Assembly (NCBI GenBank): GCA_000320545.1
Contig: ADNK01002519.1
Span: 248,001-312,000, forward strand
Length of the DNA: 64,000 nucleotides
Direction: 5' to 3'
Source of the DNA: Bigelowiella natans CCMP2755
Lineage: Eukaryota > Protista > Cercozoa
The notes beneath the pieces were generated by a model. It saw only the letters and a program-made list of their open reading frames with translations, was not told the origin of the DNA and did not search any database. This document shows positions 1 through 11,436 of this stretch, in pieces (position 1 is the stretch's first letter; the number at the start of each line of letters is the position of its first letter). The translations under genes were made by a program, and so were the position numbers.

Positions 1-8
1 TCAACCAG

Positions 9-664
9 CTTCTCGTAATGACGTTGATGATATCGGAGAGAAGTGTAGATGAAAGAATCAAGACCACTCTACGTAGCGATGAACAGGAGGGGGGAAGGAG
101 GATATTTGAAACACCATTTCAGACATGCGCGTGGCTTATATAATATATGCTCGTACATATGTGTGTGCGTTAACGCGCGTGTTTCTTCTGATTTGTGTTT
201 GTGCTGATATTTTTATATGTGCTGCATGCGGTCTGGCAGAGACTTTGCCAGGAAGGAATGTCTGTTCCACAATTCATCGATTACGTCACGCTCAATCGGT
301 ACATATCGACAGCGCAGTAGTTCTATCTCCACTCCTATGCGTAGTCTAGCAGCAGTCTAGTTGACACTGGCTTTCGATAACGGCAAGCTGCACGAATGGA
401 TGGATGATTAAGCAGATAATACTCGCTGTGCGAGCTCTGATTGAGTCGATAATCAAGTTGTTCTTTTAGCTCGAAGGAAGAAATAATGAAGCAGGACTTC
501 TCGCATCTGGTAGTAGTAGTAGTAGTAGTAGTAGTAGTAATAGTAGTGGTAGTAAAGACCCATCATCCGATGTTGTTGATATCGATCCTATCATATTGAT
601 GCCGATATTAGTACGTCGTCTCTCATCGTACCGTGTACCAATTACACCCGAGCCTACGAAATAC

Positions 665-704
<40 letters not shown>

Positions 705-2673
705 TTTTGAATGAGGCGATGCGACCGGTTGCGACCGGTTGATTAAAATCATGAATATTTATACCGTGATGCTGAAGAGAAACTAATGATGATGATGATG
801 ATGATGATGAAAGTGGTGATGATTAGGTTCATTATTTCCTACCCGTGCACATGCACTCGTTCTCCCTCCATCGATTCTGCTCTGCCAAGCTAGTTGATGG
901 TAATGAGAAGTGAAGAGTGGTTATGTGCTAATAATAATAATAACAATAATGATGATGATGATGATGATAATAGGCGTCGTTTCAGACCGTGTTCGTCGTT
1001 GTCTAGCTAGATAGTGATAAGAAAAGAGGCAAAGAAGAGAGGGAGGGGGCGGGGGGATTTGAACGTGTGTATAGTAAGGAACAGCGGTTGACCATCTTCG
1101 ATGAAGATGATGTGGATGATAATGTCAAATATATTAAATATTGTGATACATATCCTCTCCCCCCCCCCCCCCCTCCTCACACGAAAGACGTGACTTTTCC
1201 ATCGTATCTTCTCGGGCGTCACATCTCAAACTTTTGCCAAAACCATAAGGAGAAGGGCCCGGTTGTTGCTGCCTCCTAGCTAGCAAATTTGCTGCCTGTG
1301 TTTTGCTCATATTCCATCGAGAAAACAGTATTAGCTTTAGCATGACCGTCGTTACTCTGTTACTTGGACGATGAAGAGACGAGCAGAAAGATGTAAATCG
1401 TGTGTTTTTCGTGCTGTTATTGCTCTGATTCCTCCTCCTCCTCCCGCTACGATGATAACAGGTATATGGCGGAGTCTATGATCCTGAAATATTTTTCGCG
1501 GCCGCTCATTCCAGAGCATACCCCGCCCATTTGCACGGCGTCTCCGCTGATATCCTCCTCCTCGTGGTATTTCTGCATGCAGAGCAGCAAGGGAGGGGGG
1601 GGGAAGGGAGTGGAGAAGGCTTTCACAGTAGGAGTATTGACATTACGCCGCACATCGTGATAATTGATTGTTTGTTAAAGGTAAGGGGCAGGAAGAAGTA
1701 CGTGGGGTGGCCATACACCGAGAAGGTTGTTACATACAGATTCGGACGAGATATCGATCGAAAGGAGGAATATCCACGAGAAATATGAATAATACGTGCT
1801 GGAAACAGCAATGCTATGTTTTCTATTCAATGAGAGTAAACACCTGTGTAGCAGTACAATTGATAAATCGCTGTTTTTGCTTGATTTTCGCATTTCTTTC
1901 TCCCCGAGAAGAAAGAACACATGGCAGCCATCAATCACAACAGTACCATCAAATAGTCGTTGTCTCTCTTTCAGCTGCTAACAATGGCTAACGATGTTTC
2001 TGCGATGAACGCACACCTATGTTCGTATCAGGAGAATTTATATCGCTTTGAGCTTGGAGGCGACACTGAGCAGCATACGGAAACATCAGACGAGATTTTC
2101 CTAGCAGAGGGTATCAGACCTGATTTTGCCTCGCAGCCATTGCTCAAAGATACTGTGGTAATTACTCCTCTCCTTCTTCGCACATAGAGCAGCAGCATCT
2201 ACGTGATGATGTCGTTGGGTAGTACGTGGGCAGATTAGAACCGAGGAGGAATAATGGCAGCTTTCTTTATAATGATGTTTGCACTGATATCAAACAGGGA
2301 TGGGAGGGGGAGGTGAAGGAAGGTGATTTGCTTTACATACCCTGTGGCCAAGTACACCAGGTTTCTCTGCTAACAATGTCGTCTTTGAGAAGAAGTGTTT
2401 ATTCGCAAACCAATGGCTGCATGGAAGTGCAACCTACACGATCGACATCAGAGAAGGCATCGTAGAATGAGGAAGAAGTATAAGTCGTTAGAGCGATAAC
2501 CCAAATGCCAAGCGCATGATAATATCTGATGCGGCATTTGTTTCTAGTACAATTTGTTATTGGAATAGTCGATGCTCATTGTCATTGCCACTTACCGTAG
2601 GTTGAGAACCTTGAGCCTACGTTCTCGCTTACCTTCCGGTAGGATGTAACGCGGAATAATATACCAAATAATA

Positions 2674-2715
<42 letters not shown>

Positions 2716-3334
2716 GCGTACACGAGCTCATGTTTGTTTGTGCTTCTTTACGTTTACTGATGATGGCGTAACATAATCTCGTATTATTGCAAAAGGGTGG
2801 TTGACGGTGATGTCGTCCAGTGCAGTAAGGAGGTAAGAGAGCAAGAGCAAACATGAAGACAGCAAAGGAGAGGAAGGGGGGGCAGGGCTGCTGTAGCACT
2901 ATCTCTAGAGTCAATACTTATACTCTCTGCTGCGATAGACGTTCCAGAGGCGCTAGAAAGACCTCGATGCTTGCAACATGTACTGTTCAGTCAATCAATA
3001 TCTAATGGCCGTTTGCACACACCACACCACATCAGCTGCAAGAGCTAGGCGCTCACACGATAGAGATGCAATTCCTTGACCTTCTCACGGAGAAAGTGAG
3101 TTCTTACATGTTGTTACGATTTTGATGTTGTCAATCGAACGTATTATGCTTTTCCTTTGATGTAATTCTGCTAAAAAGTCTCATTGAATACGCACCCTTT
3201 GATATTCCAATCGTTCTTCATCCTACCTCAACTTAAAGAGCCGGGAGCGGGCGGAGAATGACCCTCCTGTAGATTGGTCATCGAAAATACTTAAAGAAGA
3301 ATTCTGCCCCGAGCTTTCTGATTGGAATCCATAG
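9..3334 (+). CDS. JmjC/cupin-fold oxygenase, JMJD8-like HxH metal motif; multi-exon, 5' end probably outside window
   Basis: Spliced exons read VYGGVYDPEIFFAAAHSRAYPAHLHGVSADILLLV (from 1462) | VRGRKKYVGWPYTEK | ENLYRFELGG...LLKDTV | GWEGEVKEGDLLYIPCGQVHQ | VENLEPTFSLTFR, typical JmjC strands. Last exon 3239-3334 ends in TAG. Confidence 0.75.
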
Positions 3335-4269
3335 AATAGTGTGCAAATGATCTAGATGATAGCCCCAGTCATCGAAGTCAGTGCTCAGTAATATAATCTT
3401 AACAATGAAATAGTATAATTTGTGCATTCAAACGGTATCTACATACCATGCGGCATGTTTTAAACCATACATGTAAGTGTACGTGCGACAACAGTGCTCG
3501 TGCCCGCGCGCTCTTACTTTTGGTATTCTTCAGAGTACTCATGCATATTTACGAAAATAGCATGGCATGAGAATTACCAAGACTACTACTGTGGTTGTGC
3601 AAAGTCAAAGTAGCAGTTATGATTGGTGATTGGGAGTGCGTATATGACTGCGCTTTTCAATCGCATGCTGTGCTACCTAGCATTGATGCAATTTACATGC
3701 AAGGCTAGAGCCTTCCGAAAGTACGTGCGTGAAGCTAGCTAGCCTGACATGCCTAGCAGCCATGGCACGAACTCATCACGCCTACTGTCTATACGTACTG
3801 CGAGGCAAGCGGCAAGGACATGTGCAAATCGAATGCATTGCATGCATCGCCAATCGGCGAGCCGAACAAAATTGCGCGGATGCTGCTGCTCTACCACATC
3901 ATTCAAACAGCTCCGTCGCACCATCCCAGCAGTTAGCTTGCCACGAGTGTCGCGACTGTATGCATGAGTGATGTGCTGGGTCATTTGAAGGATTTGGGGG
4001 CTGTTGCATGATAATGCATGCAAGCAGAAACTGCCTGATGCACCACCTTACAATGGGTGTGCTTTTGCATCGCACCACACTGCCATGAGCGGTAGCTCTA
4101 TTATTATTACTTACACGTCAACACACCGAGGACAGATAGCAGCTACAGAGCGGCTTAGTGACGATTGATCGATGTGGCTATCAGGATCAATTGAATTTGT
4201 AAATTATGAGTAGTGAAATTCCAATGCTTTCATTTTCTCACATATCTATGCTATTACGTAGAATGTACA

Positions 4270-5127
4270 TCATCGCCCTTTGATCTTAGCATTACGCCAT
4301 GGATCATTAGGTTTAGCATGATCTGGAATTTGTATCTCTTTGCGAGCCAACCTCCGTACCTGACTCATTCTTCGCGTTGAATCTCTCCTCATTTCTGCAA
4401 GCAAATCTCTTCCTACTCTGTTGGGCTTAACCGTAGACTTCTTCAAGCTGTGCTTGGATACGAATTTTTTTCGTTCGTAATTGGTATGGTGAGCTATGTA
4501 TTTACTCTTTGGTTTAATAAAGGCATCTCTAGCTCCTACTGGACGATCATCTCTAAATTCTTTATCCATTAGTTTCCTGGCCATAGTTTTGTTCACTGGT
4601 GATTTTCCAGGCCCATACTTCTTGCCATATTCTTTCTGCCACTCCATATTTACTTTCTCTTCAGTTCTTATTTTGTAAATCTCCCATTTGAGTTTTTCAG
4701 GACCACTTCTTTTGCTTGCTGTTTTCCGTCCAGATCCCGATGGGGAGGGGGTGGAAGAAGTCGCGCCGGCCGCCCTGGGGAGTTTTGTTCTCGATTTCGT
4801 TTTTTGCCCATTTTTTGGCGATCGAAGCTTTGATATTCTGGGATTACTAGTATTCTTTATCGTCCTACAGATAGGACATTTTGCTAAACGAGACCCTTTA
4901 CTGAGCATCTCGCGTGTGAGATTCGAATAACATTCGTAATGGAACAGATGTGAACAGTCCAATCGAATTCCTCCAATCACACACGGTTCTCCGCAAATTT
5001 TACAGTCTGGTCTTACTGGCTGGCCCCCTCCAAAGTCCTTGGCATTTCCTATTTTCTGTTTGTAAAGACTTTCCCACACAGTAAGTGTAGGGGCATTAGC
5101 TTTGATCCCAGAGTTCCAATCTGCCAT
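4270..5127 (-). CDS. RING-H2 finger protein with basic low-complexity C-terminus (putative E3 ligase), intronless
   Basis: 285-aa ORF with CKIC...CSHLFHYEC...CPIC (C3H2C3 pattern). Confidence 0.8.
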   Translation of the reverse strand: MADWNSGIKANAPTLTVWESLYKQKIGNAKDFGGGQPVRPDCKICGEPCVIGGIRLDCSHLFHYECYSNLTREMLSKGSRLAKCPICRTIKNTSNPRISKLRSPKNGQKTKSRTKLPRAAGATSSTPSPSGSGRKTASKRSGPEKLKWEIYKIRTEEKVNMEWQKEYGKKYGPGKSPVNKTMARKLMDKEFRDDRPVGARDAFIKPKSKYIAHHTNYERKKFVSKHSLKKSTVKPNRVGRDLLAEMRRDSTRRMSQVRRLARKEIQIPDHAKPNDPWRNAKIKGR

Positions 5128-5842
5128 TATCAGTTTTCGCTATGAGTTTTCTCCAAAGTCTTTGTGTCAAGAAAGTTCCAGACGCTCCTCAAACTTCGAA
5201 CGAAGCTGTTCCTGTTTGAGCGTAGGAATGGGCTTCAGTTGGTACACAGATGTGTCCTCTCGAATACGCGAAAGGCTTTCCTCGTCGCCTGTTCCTGTTC
5301 CTTACTCCATTCGGTTACCGAAAACAGACTTTGATCTCGAGGAGACCCTACGACAAATTACAACTGCGACAACATAATATCACGCAAAATGTCAATAATT
5401 ACCGTCTATTTTTGCTCAGTTCCAATAATAACAAAACGCTTTTGAATTGAGTCCCCCCCAAAACCCCAAAAGTATTCAAGGGACGACAATCTTGGGAAAC
5501 TTCTGGTCCACACCGTCGAATGCATGTCGCAGAGAATAAATACCATGGCTTCATGTGATATTGGGAGTTGTCAAAAAAATTAAAAAACAATACATTTCGG
5601 TCCGCCGACTTGGAATTCTCTTACGAAAATGCTAAAATTCAAGATAAATCGCGGACACGTGCCACGAAGAATTCGTTCGTTCGGGTGTTGATGGATGCAT
5701 GGGGTTGTACGTTCGATCGAATGCAACTCATAGACCTGAAGCTTGGGGCTTAGTGGCAGGTGTTCTCCTTTCTTCCAAGTATAGTAAGCCAGACTTTCCT
5801 CCTCCCGAGCATAAACACTTGAGCTCTAAATTTACATACAGG

Positions 5843-8712
5843 ATGACCGATGCCAGCAGTAGTAGCGCCGCAGTTAACTGTGGGTCGTCAAGGCAGCAGG
5901 TAAATTGAGTTTCGTAGGGTCGACGTTGCATTGTGTGTTTTCCACTCATAGTGTATTTATCTACTGATAAAAAGGAGGTCATCAATTGGCTGCTGCAACA
6001 ACCTGATATAAAACTTGAAGGTGTAGAGGTAAATCAACTCATTTATGTACAGTACTGGATGGCGGACGGTATATCACGTATTCTATAGGTCGCAAATGCG
6101 CCTGGGATGGAGGGAGGACGTGGAATCTATGTGAAGAAAGAGGCTAGTATAAAGTAAAACAATCATGCCAAAGCCATTGTACAGGTGTCCATGTGTTGTT
6201 CCTTTTGACCATTTATCATCGTCACTATCTCGTAGAGCGGGAACGAGGATTTTAAGCATTGGAATCGATCATATACTCACTGAAGTCTGTTTACTGACCG
6301 CTACTATCGTAACCTTCTTAAACCATCCTATATCTTGCGCTGAAATTCCAACGAACAACTCACGTGTAACCAACCTTTCCCAGTCGCAATGTCGCAATTC
6401 AGAGATTTACGAGCATTTGGAACAATCGGCTCGCATCCAATACGGCAGCAAATATCAGATATCTGCCACTGTAGCTATCACCACATTTCTACTTGATCAA
6501 ATGCAGGAGGGACGAAAAGCATCGTCGCCATGGTTTGTGCTTTACGATGATAAAACAGCACATATCTCCTAACAAACAGAATTCGCGCTTACAACACCGT
6601 TAGACCCGAGATGTCGTCTGTATTTTCAAATAGGAGGCATATGATCGAGCTATATCCAAAGTTACGTCAATTTGACACGGTCCCTATTTTCTGGAATCGA
6701 GAGGAAAAGGTTGATTCAATATATAACGCACGAGCTTCATGATACTCTCGTGTTGATTACTAGGATTGTAATGCAACCCAAAGCAAGGCTCATGCCTGAT
6801 AAACATAACGACAATCAAGAAAAAGAAAAAGAATAATAATAATAAGATGATGATGATGATGATGATGATGCCATGGTGCGTAGTACAAGATCGTTGGTGC
6901 TTTCGTGGGAATCGTTGGAATAAAAACCGTTAGTCTTACTGATAGAATTCAATGACTGCTACTCAGAGTTGGCTTAAAGGCTCTACCGTGTTTGCGGCTA
7001 CGAGAAAGCGCATGCAACAGTTGAAAAGTGAATACAAATTAGTAAGGTTCTTCCAGCCGCGCCTTCTTTGCTCTGTATGTCAATCCTAATATATCAGAAG
7101 AGAGCACAGCCTTTGAATGTGCTACTGCCGTAGGTATCTATGGAATGATCCAGAAGTAAGCTTTAAGAAGTTTTTGTTTGTAAGGCTTTGCGTTGGGTAA
7201 TTCATGGCGATCGCCGCATATAGATTAGTATACGACCAATGATGCTGCTTTTTTGTGTTCAAATGGTGGGGAGTCGAAATGAGGTATAATGGATGCAATC
7301 GGCGTGAGCGCCATCGCCTTTTTGGCAGTCTTCAAAAACGAATAGTTGAGAAACAAAGTGAAGAGGAGGAGAGGCAGACAAATTGCTGCTTTTAGTAAAA
7401 CATCCGATGGTGGACGAATAGGCATTGTAGATTGTACGATTGATTGTTATTGTCGGGACTATCATCTCAGGTCTCGATGCTTTGGGTTAACTCTTGAAAA
7501 AGGTATTTCCTCCTCTCTCAATTGTCCCACGCTACTCTCACAGCTTTGATGAGGAAACTTGTAATAAATATAGGAGCGAAGTCCCAGAGCGCGTGCATGC
7601 CAATCGCGGTAGGAGGTGGAGGGGAGAGGAGGGGAGGGGAAGGGAGGGGATTACGAGATCTAAGCTATCGAATATTATAAAGCAGAGCTCCGTTCTCCAA
7701 CAACAACATCTATTTATTCATCTATATCATCATTATTCTCATTGTTCCAAAGGACATGCCAAACCACGACGTAGTTCCTGATGCAGGATGGACATTTGAC
7801 ACATCCTCAAAGGTCAGTGGAGATCTCCCCCCCCCCCCCCCTCCTTCCTCTTACTGTTCGCCTTATCATCAATATCCTCACCATCAATCTTCATTGTATA
7901 CGTCGCTGTCTCTAGGCATTTGTGATGAGTGCAAAGAGGCCGTTGGCGGCTGGAAAACAAGTCTTTATTTCATACGGACGCAAACCCAACTGCGACCTTC
8001 TCCTGTAAGTTGAGCCGCAGAATTAATAAAACCAATCAAATCGGCGCAAATTAACGATTTTTATTTGGTCTGTGGGAATCGGGTTTGGATTATAGAGTAA
8101 AGAGCATCGGTGTATATTGGGTGTAATCTATGTGGAAAATCTTATTTTTGATACCATTTGTGCTCGAAAAAGCCACTACGGATTCTGCCTCGCGTCTAAT
8201 CTGCGAGATAGTGTCCAAATTGACGTGCAGCTGGGGAAGAGTGAGACAAAACGGCTCAGCATATCGGTGAGTGAAAGCTAGTAAAATGATGTAATAAATA
8301 GAGGCAAGGAAGATATCATGATCATATCACGGCCATTCTCTCTAGCTATCTGCGTACTACTTACATATACACACACACACGCACACACCACATCTTCTTA
8401 CAAATGAAGTTTTAATTCCTCCTTGCTGTTGATTGTTTGATTGACCGAGCACAGAGGCATGGACAGCAGATACCTACGATCTCCTTCTCCATTCTACGAA
8501 TGGCCATGTGCATCCTTGGTAGTGAACACATCAGCACAGGAGCTTGTTACATATCTCTCCAATCACACAAGCAAGAGAGAGCTGATGGAAACCATTCATA
8601 TAAGAAATGGAGGCGTGCGGGCCCTCGTGTTGCATGAGCGTTAGGGAGTTGAGCTGTCTCTCCGGACAGATGCATTGTAGAATCGTCGATTGCTTCATAC
8701 TACGCTCTCTGA

Positions 8713-8779
<67 letters not shown>

Positions 8780-9417
8780 TATAATGGTGCATGCTTATAG
8801 TGTAAATCCTTCCTCATGCTACACAAAGGTCACGGCGAACAAGACGCAAAGGCAATACTTGCGAAATGCGTGAGACAGAGGATGAAGAAAAATGTAGAGG
8901 ATCACAAGAAGAGCAGCCATAGGAAAGAAGACAATGATAATGAGGAGGAGGAGAAGGGGGGGGGGGTGGAGGGGGAGGAGGAAGAAGACACCTACGATCA
9001 GAACGAAGTCGGCGAAGAAGGAGAGGAGAGTGAAGATGACATCATCGGTGATGGATTCAACGAAAACGAAGGAGGAATGCTAAACGTAAAGAATGGTGAT
9101 AACAACAACGCCATTGAAGATTGCAATGAGGATAATGACACTGACGATGCAAGACAACAAGGGGCTTTTGAACGCAGCACTCGCAGCGACGACTCTTTTG
9201 AGAACGTAAATGATGATGAAGCAATAGGAAAGCGACGAAAACACCGCCGATCTACAAAAGCGTGGGGAAGAGTATCTGCTGGGTCTGAATTAAAAATCCC
9301 TCACACTCTGGTAATATATAGAGGCACTGCGAGCAGTCGTCCACCTGTAGTTATACTAATCTTGCTACTCTTTGGTTTGATCTGTTAAATGCAATTTTAA
9401 ATGACAGGGAGAGAAAT

Positions 9418-9458
<41 letters not shown>

Positions 9459-9536
9459 CATCGTGTTGACCGTGTTGATATAACACTAGAGAGCTCTGCT
9501 TGCTCTTCCTATCTCAAGCTTTAAAGATATCCGGTA

Positions 9537-9586
<50 letters not shown>

Positions 9587-10083
9587 CCCAACTTCGCGCA
9601 CAATCGCAGTCTTCGTTCCATCATTGACCACGTGAAGATACACTCACACCACACACACATATGCATGCTCACATAACATCGGTAGAATCAAGTATGAATC
9701 TAGGGAAGAGACGATCAAATATGCTCCGCCCGATGTTGTGCATGAATGATACGGATGATCAGGTGTGGATGTATTAGCGTCGAGAATGAGATAGGTGTGC
9801 TTGCGGCCATAAGGGACGCTTGCAAAGAGGCTCTTCAAAGGTATTTCCTCGCTGTACAGCACGATTTCCACAATCAAAAACACTTGGGAACGACGTGAAA
9901 TCAATGAGAGAAGTCGTAGACGTTGTATCAATTACTGCTTGTTCAACACTACAAAATAGAAAAAGAAGAAGAAGAAGAAGAAGAAGAAGAAGAAGAAGAA
10001 GAAGAACAGAGGAAGTCCTTTGCTTTGAATAATACGACTCATGTTATCATCCTTTCCTCAATAATAACCGTTATGTCACATTG

Positions 10084-10120
<37 letters not shown>

Positions 10121-10127
10121 CCTCTCT

Positions 10128-10168
<41 letters not shown>

Positions 10169-10546
10169 CCTATATGAACTTAATACAACATAGATATCCC
10201 ACCACATTGGAAGAAGATAAGAAAATTCGAGATAAACTTCAAGGCACAGGAGAGGGAGAGGGAGGGGAGGGGGGGAGAGAGGAGAAGCAACACTCTGGCA
10301 GTTTCATCAAGCATCTTTTCGCAGTGAGGTAGTTGCGACTTTTCTTCCCCACACAAAGACATGAACTCTTTGATATAGCACAGCATGGTGAAGTGTATTT
10401 CAGTTTTGCCTTCTCCTCCTCCTCCTCCTCCTCCTCACTTGTCTATTATCAGGCTGCGTATGGGAGAGAAGAGGGTGTTGAAGTGGCATATGGACTTATA
10501 CGATCTCGCCGTTAGGTACTACCATTGACATGATGACACGTAGACC

Positions 10547-10586
<40 letters not shown>

Positions 10587-10807
10587 TACTAACTAGATCA
10601 ACAACTTGTTATATGGGAAGAAGGGTCGTTTTGGTTATGATTATTGTTGAGTATCACACGCCATTCTTAACTCCGCACAGATTGTTAAAGGGGGGAGGAG
10701 ATTCGCTGCTGAAGGAAGAGGACCTTTGCAAAATCGAGATGTATAAAAGGTGATATTGTGGCCATCACTGTCATTTACTTTTTGTAGTTATGTAGACCTG
10801 TAGTTGT

Positions 10808-10847
<40 letters not shown>

Positions 10848-10938
10848 GTGTGTGTGTACAAGGAGCTCATCCACTCGGGTATATGTCCAAAAAGTTGTCC
10901 AGAAACTCATCAAAAGAAAGCTAAAATCTGCCAAGTAG
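5843..10938 (+). CDS. SET-domain protein-lysine methyltransferase (Rubisco-LSMT/SETD6-like), multi-exon
   Basis: Exons give GMEGGRGIYVKKE, TVAITTFLLDQMQEGRKASSPW, HMPNHDVVPDAGWTFD, QVFISYGRKPNCDLLL, RYPTTLEEDKK and LRMGEKRVLKW, typical of LSMT-class SET proteins. An acidic insert lies at ~8880-9250. The 3' end is inferred. Confidence 0.8.
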
Positions 10939-11139
10939 TTACACACTTCCACTACCTTCAATTTTATGATCAACAATGCATTAGCCGGTCATATCAGCTG
11001 CATCATCATGTTGAATGCGGAAATTGCTATTACGATCAAGTATAATCCTCTGCACACATTACAACCTTGACAGCATATGCGACATCAAGCGTTTCATTAA
11101 TTAGCCCTTTATGCATGCTATAGCTTTACATGCAAGGTG

Positions 11140-11172
<33 letters not shown>

Positions 11173-11436
11173 TTGCTTTTGCAAAAATAGGAAGACCCGC
11201 GCGCTGGGTAAAATAACAATAGCAGACGCAGTTTGAGCGCTGTAGCCGCCGCTTATTTGCACAACTGCACTAGGATGACCATTGCATGTAATATAATGCA
11301 ATTCATTCATTACTTCCTTCTCATGCACGCGCAATATATACAAATGTGTGAGTGTGTGCGTGTGTGCAAAAAGGGCAACTTTTCCACATCATGCGTCATT
11401 CACTACATTAGTACATGCCTTTATTGTGCCATTCTT

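Noticed and set aside
9820-10332. ORFs with poly-E/R, SLSL, CVCV or YIYI runs (many across the window)
   Set aside because: Translations of intronic microsatellites.
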